Assembly: GCA_963804975.1 (NCBI GenBank)
Contig: CAWDSG010000002.1
Location: forward strand, 1 to 51,553
Origin: an uncultured bacterium
Lineage (GTDB): Bacteria > Patescibacteriota > Minisyncoccia > Phycocordibacterales > GWA1-40-21
Length of the DNA: 51,553 nt
Direction: 5' to 3'
Below, piece after piece: positions 36,188 to 43,816 of the stretch. Made by a program: the position numbers and the translations under genes. Below the pieces are notes generated by a model. That model was not told the DNA's origin and ran no database searches. It saw only the letters and a program-made list of their open reading frames with translations. Every line of letters begins with the position of its first letter. Positions within the stretch are counted from its first letter, which is position 1.

Positions 36188-37762
36188 GTGAATTTCGCCA
36201 AAACATATTCCGCACAGACCGTAGGTCTCGGCGCAAAAATAGTTGACGTCGAGATTGATCTCTCAAAAGGTCTGAATTCTTTTACCATTGTCGGCCTGCC
36301 GGACAAAGGCGTTGAGGAATCAAAAGACAGGGTTTCCGCGTCAATCAAGAATTCCGGCTTCACGTCTCCGAAAAGCCAGAATCAAAAAGTGGTGGTATCT
36401 CTCGCTCCCGCCGATTTAAAAAAGGAAGGTCCGGTTTTTGATGTCGCCATATCGCTTGCATATATGCTGGCCCATGAAGACATAGATTTTGATTCGGAGA
36501 AAAAACTTTTTCTTGGCGAGCTTTCTCTTGACGGGAATGTCAGAAGCGTAAACGGCGTTCTCCCGATTGTCGCAGAAGCGAAAGCGCGCGGATTTCTTGA
36601 AATATTCGTGCCAAAAGACAATGCGAGGGAAGCGGCGCTAGTTTCCGGCATCAAAATATATCCTGTTGATAATCTGAAAGAAATTATTGATCATTTGAAT
36701 GACCCCAGTGAAGTAAAAAATTCAAAACTTCACGGGGCAGGAAAAAATGTTAGTAAAAAAATCTCAACACAGCCGCAGACGAAAATTGTTGTTGAAGATG
36801 ATGAGATATTCGCCATAGATTTCAGCGAGATCAAAGGCCAAGAAACCGCAAAACGCGGCTTGGAAATCGCCGCCGCAGGCGGGCATAACATCGCGATGTA
36901 TGGGCCTCCGGGCACCGGCAAGACTATGCTTGCGAAAGCTTTCAGCCATATTTTGCCGCCGCTTTTATATGAAGAAATTTTGGAGATTACTTCCATACAT
37001 TCAGTCGCAGGAATATTGAAAAAAGATATTATTACGAAATCGCCGGTCAGAAATCCGCATCATACCGCATCATACGTATCTATTGTCGGCGGAGGAGTGA
37101 TACCGAAGCCGGGAGAAGTGACGCTTGCACATCACGGCGTTCTTTTCCTTGATGAATTTCCGGAATTTGAAAGAAAAGTAATTGAGACATTGCGCGAACC
37201 GCTTGAGGAAGGTGAGATAAGCATTTCGCGCGCCAAAGGCACGCATACTTTTCCGGCAAATTTCATTCTTATTGCCGCAATGAATCCGTGCCCATGCGGA
37301 AATGCCGGTTCAAAGACAAAAGATTGCATCTGCAAGCCGCATGATATCGCCAGATATCAGAGAAAAATTTCCGGACCGATTATTGATAGGATAGATATGT
37401 GGGTTGAGGTTTCGCAGATTGATTATGAGAAACTTTCGGACAGAAAAACCTCTGTTCCGGAAAGCAAACTCATAAAAGAGCGGGTTATGAGCGCGCGAAA
37501 AATCCAAAAAGAGCGTTTTGACGAAGCAAAAAGAAAAATCAAAACAAACAGCGAGATGGAAGCCAAAGATATCGGCAAACTAATAAATATAGACGATAAA
37601 GTGAAAGAAATTTTGAATATGTCTGCTAAAAAACTGAATTTGTCAGCCCGCGCGTATCATCGGGTCATCAAACTCGGCCGAACCATCGCCGATTTGGAAG
37701 GAAGCAAAGAAATAAATTCCTCGCACATCCTTGAAGCATTACAATATCGTCCAAAAAGATAA
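36188..37762 (+). CDS. YifB/ComM-family Mg-chelatase-like AAA+ ATPase
   Basis: Lon-like N-terminal domain, Walker A GPPGTGKT, Walker B VLFLDEF and a C-terminal ChlI-like region. GTG start. Confidence 0.9.
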   Translation: MNFAKTYSAQTVGLGAKIVDVEIDLSKGLNSFTIVGLPDKGVEESKDRVSASIKNSGFTSPKSQNQKVVVSLAPADLKKEGPVFDVAISLAYMLAHEDIDFDSEKKLFLGELSLDGNVRSVNGVLPIVAEAKARGFLEIFVPKDNAREAALVSGIKIYPVDNLKEIIDHLNDPSEVKNSKLHGAGKNVSKKISTQPQTKIVVEDDEIFAIDFSEIKGQETAKRGLEIAAAGGHNIAMYGPPGTGKTMLAKAFSHILPPLLYEEILEITSIHSVAGILKKDIITKSPVRNPHHTASYVSIVGGGVIPKPGEVTLAHHGVLFLDEFPEFERKVIETLREPLEEGEISISRAKGTHTFPANFILIAAMNPCPCGNAGSKTKDCICKPHDIARYQRKISGPIIDRIDMWVEVSQIDYEKLSDRKTSVPESKLIKERVMSARKIQKERFDEAKRKIKTNSEMEAKDIGKLINIDDKVKEILNMSAKKLNLSARAYHRVIKLGRTIADLEGSKEINSSHILEALQYRPKR

Positions 37763-37766
37763 AAAT

Positions 37767-37800
37767 TATCTTGCTCCACTAGTATAGAGAAAGTTAGAAC
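37767..37800 (+). repeat. polar intergenic repeat, copy e
   Basis: The sequence is tatcttgctccactagtatagagaaagttagaac, followed by ttgtttttg as in copy g. Confidence 0.75.
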
Positions 37801-37824
37801 TTGTTTTTGAATATTTTTGAATAA

Positions 37825-37856
37825 TAAAAAAATCCCCACTAATCGTCAGTGGGGAT
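37825..37856 (-). terminator. intrinsic terminator on the - strand
   Basis: ATCCCCACT-N7-AGTGGGGAT with a T7 run on the - strand only. Confidence 0.75.
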
Positions 37857-37987
37857 TGAGAGTATACACTCACGCCGTAGGTAGCTGTGCATACTTACGT
37901 TGTTTGGGATTAGCTAATTCCCAAAACACGGATCTAAAAGGTTCCAAACCTGCCTAAGCTCTTAGCGCAGAGGAAAGTCCCTTTTCT
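37833..37987 (-). ncRNA. candidate ~155-nt small RNA (unknown family)
   Basis: On the - strand there is a promoter TTGACA (38023-38018), a 17-nt spacer and ATTATT (38000-37995). Then come about 150 nt with hairpins (TTGGGA..TCCCAA) and no ORF, ending at the terminator at 37825-37856. The element lies between repeat copies e and f. Confidence 0.3.
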
Positions 37988-38082
37988 TGTTCACAATAAT
38001 AGCAAAGATTTAAAAAATGTCAAGCTTTTTTTATATTTTCCTTTTTATATATCTAAAATAGACCTAAGAATAAGGCTAATTT

Positions 38083-38114
38083 AATTTGCTCCATTAAATA
38101 GAAGAAATTGGAAC
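38083..38114 (+). repeat. polar intergenic repeat, copy f
   Basis: The sequence is aatttgctccattaaatagaagaaattggaac. Confidence 0.65.
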
Positions 38115-38127
38115 TTTTATCAAATCT

Positions 38128-39195
38128 CTAATACTCGCTTGGATCTTGCATGAAATTATACGCTCCACGGACTTCAAAATGCAAATGCGGGCCTGTGGAA
38201 TTTCCTGTATTTCCCGTAAGTCCTATGACTTGGCCTTGAAAAACAAATTCTCCTGCAGATACATAGTTGACGCTCAAGTGACCATAGACCGTTTCAGTGC
38301 CGTTTGCATGCGATATGACGATATATCTGCCGTATCCGCCGTTCCAACCCGATGCTCTTGAAATAAGAACCTCTCCTGAAGCCGCCGCAAATACCGAGGT
38401 TCCGACAGGGGTGCCGAGGTCAATCGCATTCCATCCATGCAGACCTTGTGTTTTTACTCCACCGACAATAGGGCGAATATAATATCCTTGATAATCCGGT
38501 CCGCTTCCGCCAAGATACGGCTCATTTCCGCTTCTTCTGCCGGATAATGAACTTGGATTGATATATGCTCCTTCGCCGTCAGGAATAATTATTGAATCTC
38601 CCACTGTGAGAGGAGAGCTCTGGTCAATTCCGTTGAACTGGGCGATTTCTCCGGCATCAGCTTTATATTTTTTGGCAATGGATTGCAGCGTGTCCCCATT
38701 TGCAATCTTATGAAGCGTCCCCGAAACAGGCAATATTATAAGAGTGTCTCCCGGCTGTACGCTTGTGGCGGTTACATTGTTCGCCCAAATAATGGTATTG
38801 ACCGAAACACCAAACATTTTTGCTATGCCGGAAAGTGTATCTCCTTTCTGCACTTTATATTTGCTGATTTGCCCTGTATTGGCCGAATCGCTGACATCGG
38901 CAAGAGTGCCGGAAGGTCCGCTCTCGGATACCAAAGCATCATTATTTGCAACAATAATATCTCCTCCTCCAACCGCGGCTGAAGCATTAAAATTGGTTGA
39001 ATTTTGGAGAAGCGGAACGTTTTGCGAATTTAGGTTGTCCGAGAGAGAAATATCGGAAGAAACGGAAAGATTCCCCAGTATTATACTTGAGAGAGCGGAA
39101 AACAAACTGGCATTTGCGGTAGCTGGTATGGCAGAGATAATGGAAAAGATAAACAAAAAGATAACAAGCCAGTTTGAATACATGGCTAAAAACAT
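38128..39195 (-). CDS. LysM-domain M23-family peptidoglycan endopeptidase
   Basis: Signal/anchor sequence, two LysM repeats (YKVQKGDTLSGIAK.., HKIANGDTLQSIAKKY..) and the M23 motifs HGWNAIDL and GNSTGPHLHFEV. Confidence 0.87.
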   Translation of the reverse strand: MFLAMYSNWLVIFLFIFSIISAIPATANASLFSALSSIILGNLSVSSDISLSDNLNSQNVPLLQNSTNFNASAAVGGGDIIVANNDALVSESGPSGTLADVSDSANTGQISKYKVQKGDTLSGIAKMFGVSVNTIIWANNVTATSVQPGDTLIILPVSGTLHKIANGDTLQSIAKKYKADAGEIAQFNGIDQSSPLTVGDSIIIPDGEGAYINPSSLSGRRSGNEPYLGGSGPDYQGYYIRPIVGGVKTQGLHGWNAIDLGTPVGTSVFAAASGEVLISRASGWNGGYGRYIVISHANGTETVYGHLSVNYVSAGEFVFQGQVIGLTGNTGNSTGPHLHFEVRGAYNFMQDPSEY

Positions 39196-39314
39196 TGATT
39201 TTATGGAACGACCCTTAGATTTCGCCTTATTTTTAGGGTCGAATATTGAGTTTTCGTCTTTTATAAGCCAATTTTATTAAGGGAATTCGGTACTTTCTGA
39301 ATTTTTACGGCCTA

Positions 39315-39332
39315 CCTGCCGGTAAAGGCAGG
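39315..39332. repeat. stem-only variant of the GC-rich palindrome (CCTGCC-N6-GGCAGG) in the 5' leader of the M23 gene
   Basis: The context is cctaCCTGCCggtaaaGGCAGGctc. Confidence 0.4.
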
Positions 39333-39392
39333 CTCTCCTTAGCCGTATTTCAGCAATTTTGCTTCTGTTTCGGTAGGGTATAATTATACTAC

Positions 39393-39420
39393 CTGAGGTT
39401 TCTCGGTCAACCAAGTTATC
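39393..39420 (-). promoter_or_regulatory. sigma70-like promoter of the M23 peptidase gene (TTGACC-16-TATAAT on the - strand)
   Basis: -35 box at 39420-39415 and -10 box at 39398-39393, leaving a leader of about 190 nt. Confidence 0.5.
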
Positions 39421-39425
39421 CACAC

Positions 39426-39434
39426 TAAAAATCC
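39426..39434 (+). promoter_or_regulatory. perfect DnaA box TTATCCACA, 5 nt upstream of the -35 box of the M23 promoter
   Basis: Exact 9-mer match. Confidence 0.5.
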
Positions 39435-39479
39435 CCGGATAGTAAATATCCGAGGATTTGTTTTTGCTTCTAAAAACAA

Positions 39480-39719
39480 TTAATTAGAGGTTCCGTCATC
39501 ATTATCATTTCTAAATATTGGGTCATCGCGATAACTTATATTGGAACTGGGATCATGTATTGTTTCCGAAAATGCTTTGCCACCAATGTATCCGAAACCT
39601 CCGCCAAAAACCACCATGAAAATGGTGATGAATAATGGCTGTTGATTTATGATTCCGAAAAAACAAAGAACTACGGCGCCAGCAAGACCACCAATTGTTC
39701 CTGCAATTTTATTTTTCAT
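39480..39719 (-). CDS. small glycine-zipper membrane protein
   Basis: 79 aa with RBS GGAGGA and two TM segments rich in G-xxx-G. A terminator lies downstream. Confidence 0.55.
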   Translation of the reverse strand: MKNKIAGTIGGLAGAVVLCFFGIINQQPLFITIFMVVFGGGFGYIGGKAFSETIHDPSSNISYRDDPIFRNDNDDGTSN

Positions 39720-39852
39720 CTTAATCCTCCAAGGTTCAAAATTTTGACTTCAAAGTTCACAACGCAAGTTTGTTCCGTTTTAAACTCTACATTTTTATAA
39801 CTTTTTGTCAAGATTTTAAGCCCTAAATCTGATTTTATGTTATATTTACCAA

Positions 39853-41805
39853 ATGGATTACCTAAAAGGTCTAAATGAAAAGCAAAAAGAAGCTGTTTTA
39901 CAGAAAGACGGACCGGTTTTGGTGATTGCCGGAGCTGGGGCGGGAAAGACAAAGACTATTGCCCACAGAATCTTGCACTTGATAAAAGAAGGGATTGCAC
40001 CGGAGAACATTTTGGCTATAACTTTCACCAACAAAGCCGCCAAAGAAATGCAGGAAAGGGTGGAAAAAATAATTTTCGAGGATAAAAAACTGAATTTTCC
40101 GGCACATTTCCACAGCCGGCCGTTTGTCAGCACATTTCACTCGCTCGGCGTCCATATTATAAAAGAAAATGCCCGGCTCATCGGCCTCACTCGTCATTTT
40201 AATATTTCGGACAGAAGCGATTCGTCAAAAATGATCCGAGATTGCCTGAAAAGCTTGGATATTGATCCGAAACAATTTGAGCCGGGGAAAATTCTGACAA
40301 TAATTTCAAAACAAAAAGGAAACTTGATTGAAATGGAAGATTATTCGGTAGAAAAACAAAAAGGTTTCACTCTTTCCGCAGTCGTGGCTATGGTCTGGCC
40401 GCTTTACGAGCAAAAATTAGCTGAGGAAAAATCCCTTGATTTTGACGATCTTCTCCTGAAATCTTATTTGATTTTGAAAAAGCACAAAGATATTTTGGAA
40501 AAATACCAGAATATTTGGAAATATGTTTTAGTGGACGAATATCAGGACACGAATAAAGTCCAATATGAAACGGTAAAACTTCTCGCCGAAAAAAACAGGA
40601 ATATTTTTGTGGTAGGGGATGTTGACCAGAACATTTACAGCTGGCGCGGAGCGGATATAGAAAATTTGCTGAATTTTGAAACCGATTATCCGGAAGCGAA
40701 AGTTATTTTGCTTGAAGAAAATTATCGCTCAACGCAGACAATACTCGCCGTCGCAAACGATGTCATCAAAAAAAATAAATTAAGGAAAGAAAAAAATCTT
40801 TTCACAAAAAATGATGTCGGCGAGAAAGTTTCGTTTCTGCGGACGACAAATGAAACCGAGGAAGCAAGATTTGTGGCGCAAAAATCAAAAGAATTAATCG
40901 CAAACGGAATCAATTCGAGAGAAATCGCTGTGCTTTACCGGGCAAATTTCCAGTCCCGCGCAATTGAAGAAGCGTTTATGATTGAGGATGTGCCTTATCA
41001 AGTTCTTGGAACGAAATTTTTTGAAAGAAAGGAGGTGAAAGATATTCTCTCATATCTTAAAGCAAGTTTGAATCCGGAAAGTTTGAGCGACATAAAAAGA
41101 ATAATAAACGTGCCGGCGCGCGGAGTGGGAAAAGTGACTGTCTTGAAAATTTTTTCCGATAAAAGCAGAAAATTGGACGGATTGCCGGCGGCGATGAAGG
41201 AAAAAGTGAATAATTTTTATAAACTTTTGGAAAAAATTAAAAAAGAAATCGGCGAGAAAAAACCGTCTGAAGTTATAAAATTCATAATAAAAGAAACCGG
41301 GCTTGAGCTTGAATTGCAAAAAGGAAACGACGAGGACAAAGAAAGATTGGAAAATATGCGCGAGCTTGCGACTTTCGCCGTAAAATATGACGCCCTGCCA
41401 AAACCGGAAGGAATTGAAAAGCTTTTGGAAGAATCGGCGCTTGCCACGGACCAGGATTCGCTTGAAAAAAACGAAAAAGCAGTGAAACTTATGACTGTTC
41501 ACGCATCAAAAGGGCTTGAATTTGATTATGTTTTTATCACAGGGCTTGAACAAAATCTTTTTCCGCACCAGAGCATCGGGACGGAACAAAAAACACCGCA
41601 AGATTTGGAGGAGGAAAGACGACTTTTTTATGTAGCTTTGACACGCGCAAGAAAAAAGTTATTCTTGACCTATTCCGAAATGCGGACGATTTTTGGTTCG
41701 CAGCAGATAAATCTGCCTTCGGAATTTTTCGCAGATTTTGACAATGATTTGCTTGAGGGAGAAAAATTTGAATCCAGCGAAAAAATAATTTATTTGGATT
41801 GGTAA
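39853..41805 (+). CDS. UvrD/PcrA/Rep-family ATP-dependent DNA helicase
   Basis: Motif I AGAGAGKT, motif II VDEYQDTN, plus ENYRST, VLYRAN and TVHASKGLEF..VALTRA. Confidence 0.9.
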   Translation: MDYLKGLNEKQKEAVLQKDGPVLVIAGAGAGKTKTIAHRILHLIKEGIAPENILAITFTNKAAKEMQERVEKIIFEDKKLNFPAHFHSRPFVSTFHSLGVHIIKENARLIGLTRHFNISDRSDSSKMIRDCLKSLDIDPKQFEPGKILTIISKQKGNLIEMEDYSVEKQKGFTLSAVVAMVWPLYEQKLAEEKSLDFDDLLLKSYLILKKHKDILEKYQNIWKYVLVDEYQDTNKVQYETVKLLAEKNRNIFVVGDVDQNIYSWRGADIENLLNFETDYPEAKVILLEENYRSTQTILAVANDVIKKNKLRKEKNLFTKNDVGEKVSFLRTTNETEEARFVAQKSKELIANGINSREIAVLYRANFQSRAIEEAFMIEDVPYQVLGTKFFERKEVKDILSYLKASLNPESLSDIKRIINVPARGVGKVTVLKIFSDKSRKLDGLPAAMKEKVNNFYKLLEKIKKEIGEKKPSEVIKFIIKETGLELELQKGNDEDKERLENMRELATFAVKYDALPKPEGIEKLLEESALATDQDSLEKNEKAVKLMTVHASKGLEFDYVFITGLEQNLFPHQSIGTEQKTPQDLEEERRLFYVALTRARKKLFLTYSEMRTIFGSQQINLPSEFFADFDNDLLEGEKFESSEKIIYLDW

Positions 41806-41810
41806 AGCAA

Positions 41811-41843
41811 GTGAACTATTTCATTTATAGAAAAAGTTAAAAC
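41811..41843 (+). repeat. polar intergenic repeat, copy g (5' half degenerate)
   Basis: gtgaactatttcatttatagaaaaagttaaaac followed by ttgtttttg. The 3' half is nearly identical to copy e. Confidence 0.55.
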
Positions 41844-42062
41844 TTGTTTTTGTTGCAAACCAATTAGTAGTTGACAAATCTTTATTTGGCGATATCGTTG
41901 TAAATAGTATCGTCCTTTTATAATATATAATATAAAAAGATTAAAAATGAGATGAGCGTTTTGGATGTCTATGAAAGATTTCTAAAACGCTCGTCTCATG
42001 TAGTTAGTGGGGTGGCCGTCTGCCAGAACGTGTTTCTGGTAAATTAAAAAAGGAGGTGTGTC

Positions 42063-42833
42063 ATGGAAATCATGGCGCGTCCCAGCAATAAAGAAGAAAT
42101 TTTCGGCCAAGACAATGGACTTATTCATGAAGCCGTTATCACTGGTCGAAAAGTTGGTGCAGGAAGAAAATTCTGGTCAAGCCTTGCCCATAACCAAACT
42201 TTGTTTGAAGAGGTTGTGGACCTTGTTAATCGAGGTGGTCTTTCCGGACCAACTACGTACTTAACAAAAGCAGAAAAAATTATGGGACCAAACCTTTTTG
42301 GGCCAGGGGAGGCTAAAAAATATTTCGGTATTACCCTTTTGGATGAGCAGATTTCTTCTCTTGCAGAAATTCCTTATCCCGAAACAGTCTTGAGAGAATT
42401 GAAAGGCACTCATATTCTAGTTGCAACTTTTCCGCTTTCAATTCTCGATATTCGAGAGAAATTTCCGAAGATATTTGCCACGTCGCCACAAGAATATGCT
42501 TGGTATGCGAAACAGTCATTTGCTATCGACAAAGGAAAAGCAGAATGGTTTTTAGTAAGAAAAAAACCATTATATGCAAATGCTTTAACCGAGAATATGG
42601 AGGTGCCGACGGCTCGTGTTATGACCTATTGTATAATTGGTCATCTGCTTGCTACAGGCAAAAGATTGGTTAAGAATCATGTTCGTGTTTCACCCAGCGG
42701 CACTTCCGAAGGAATCATTGCTCTCTCTGTTGGTTTTACAGGGCCACTTGGTTTTTCAATCATGGGTATAAGCAAGTGCGCTATGTATGAACATATTCCA
42801 CTTGCTTCTGTTTATAAACAAACTAAATCTTGA
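42063..42833 (+). CDS. hypothetical protein
   Basis: 256-aa ORF with a strong RBS (AAGGAGG) and a clean terminator. No family recognised. Confidence 0.6.
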   Translation: MEIMARPSNKEEIFGQDNGLIHEAVITGRKVGAGRKFWSSLAHNQTLFEEVVDLVNRGGLSGPTTYLTKAEKIMGPNLFGPGEAKKYFGITLLDEQISSLAEIPYPETVLRELKGTHILVATFPLSILDIREKFPKIFATSPQEYAWYAKQSFAIDKGKAEWFLVRKKPLYANALTENMEVPTARVMTYCIIGHLLATGKRLVKNHVRVSPSGTSEGIIALSVGFTGPLGFSIMGISKCAMYEHIPLASVYKQTKS

Positions 42834-42850
42834 GGTATTAAGTTTCCTGA

Positions 42851-42886
42851 GCCCTTCGACGTTGTGTGTCGAAGGGTTCTTTTTTG
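42851..42886 (+). terminator. intrinsic terminator
   Basis: CCCTTCGAC-N7-GTCGAAGGG followed by TTCTTTTTT. Confidence 0.85.
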
Positions 42887-42976
42887 TTTCACTCGATTGG
42901 TATTGAAGTGTTCGCAAATCTTTTTATAAAATAAAACTCGCTTGCTGATAAAAAATGCAGTACAATATAATAAAAA

Positions 42977-43777
42977 ATGGAGAAAATAATTGCAAAAAAA
43001 TCGCTGGGGCAGAACTTTTTGAAATCAAAAATGGTTCTTTCGGCAATGGTAGAAGCCGGACAAATATCTCAAAACGATATTGTGCTTGAAATCGGACCGG
43101 GGCAGGGAACTTTGACGGAAAAATTGTTGGAAACCGGAGCAAAAATTATTTCTGTGGAAAAAGACGATAGATTAATTAAATTTTTGAAAGAAAAATTTGC
43201 AAAAGAAATTACGAGTGGCCAATTACAAATAATTCATAGGGATATTTTAGAGTTAGATTTGCGTTCACTTGGTTTAACAGCTAACAGCTACAAGCTAATA
43301 GCTAATATCCCTTATTACATCACCGGCCAAATATTCAGGAAATTTTTGTCCGGAAACATTCAGCCGGAAAAAATAGTTATTATGGTTCAGAAAGAAATCG
43401 CCGATAGGATCGTTGCAAGAGACGAAAAAGAAAGCTTGTTGTCGCTTTCCGTAAAAGTTTACGGCAAACCGACCAAGATTATGAAAGTAGAAAAGGAAAA
43501 TTTCAGTCCGAAACCGAAAGTTGATTCTGCGATTTTGCTTATTGATAATATTTCCAAAGATTTTTTTAAAAGTGTAAGTGAAAAACAATTTTTTGATACG
43601 ATAAAAGCCGGATTTGCGCATAAAAGGAAGATTTTAACAGCAAATTTAAAGGGTATTTTCGAGAAAAAAGGAAAAAATCTCTCCGAGATTTTTTCCGCTC
43701 TGAAAATTCCCCCAAAAGCCCGCGCCGAGGATTTGACACTTCCTGATTGGAAAAATATCGTTTCTGTTGTACAATAA
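42977..43777 (+). CDS. rsmA: 16S rRNA (adenine1518/1519-N6)-dimethyltransferase RsmA/KsgA
   Basis: KSLGQNFL, EIGPGQGTLT and ANIPYYIT motifs. Confidence 0.9.
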   Translation: MEKIIAKKSLGQNFLKSKMVLSAMVEAGQISQNDIVLEIGPGQGTLTEKLLETGAKIISVEKDDRLIKFLKEKFAKEITSGQLQIIHRDILELDLRSLGLTANSYKLIANIPYYITGQIFRKFLSGNIQPEKIVIMVQKEIADRIVARDEKESLLSLSVKVYGKPTKIMKVEKENFSPKPKVDSAILLIDNISKDFFKSVSEKQFFDTIKAGFAHKRKILTANLKGIFEKKGKNLSEIFSALKIPPKARAEDLTLPDWKNIVSVVQ

Positions 43778-43816
43778 CGGCAAGATTTATTATCCAATCT
43801 ATTAACTTTTAACTTT

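Noticed and set aside
37970-37980. GAGGAAAGTCC, an 11-mer identical to the conserved CR-I/P4 core of bacterial RNase P RNA.
   Set aside because: The downstream sequence is AT-rich and runs into the well-supported M23 peptidase gene. No matching P4 3' strand (ACAGAAnCCGGCTTA-like) or other RNase P helices could be found within about 400 nt. It is probably a chance match, or part of the candidate - strand sRNA.
32881-41843. Interpreting the polar repeats as integron attC sites, with the XerC/D-like gene at 27845 as intI.
   Set aside because: The conserved 3' end (GTTAGAAC or GTCAGAAC) does not fit the R' core GTTRRRY, and no R''/L'' partner arm is evident. The ORFs between repeats face both directions. 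Core genes (rpsO, pnp) separate the recombinase from the array. It is kept as a generic cassette-like repeat finding instead.
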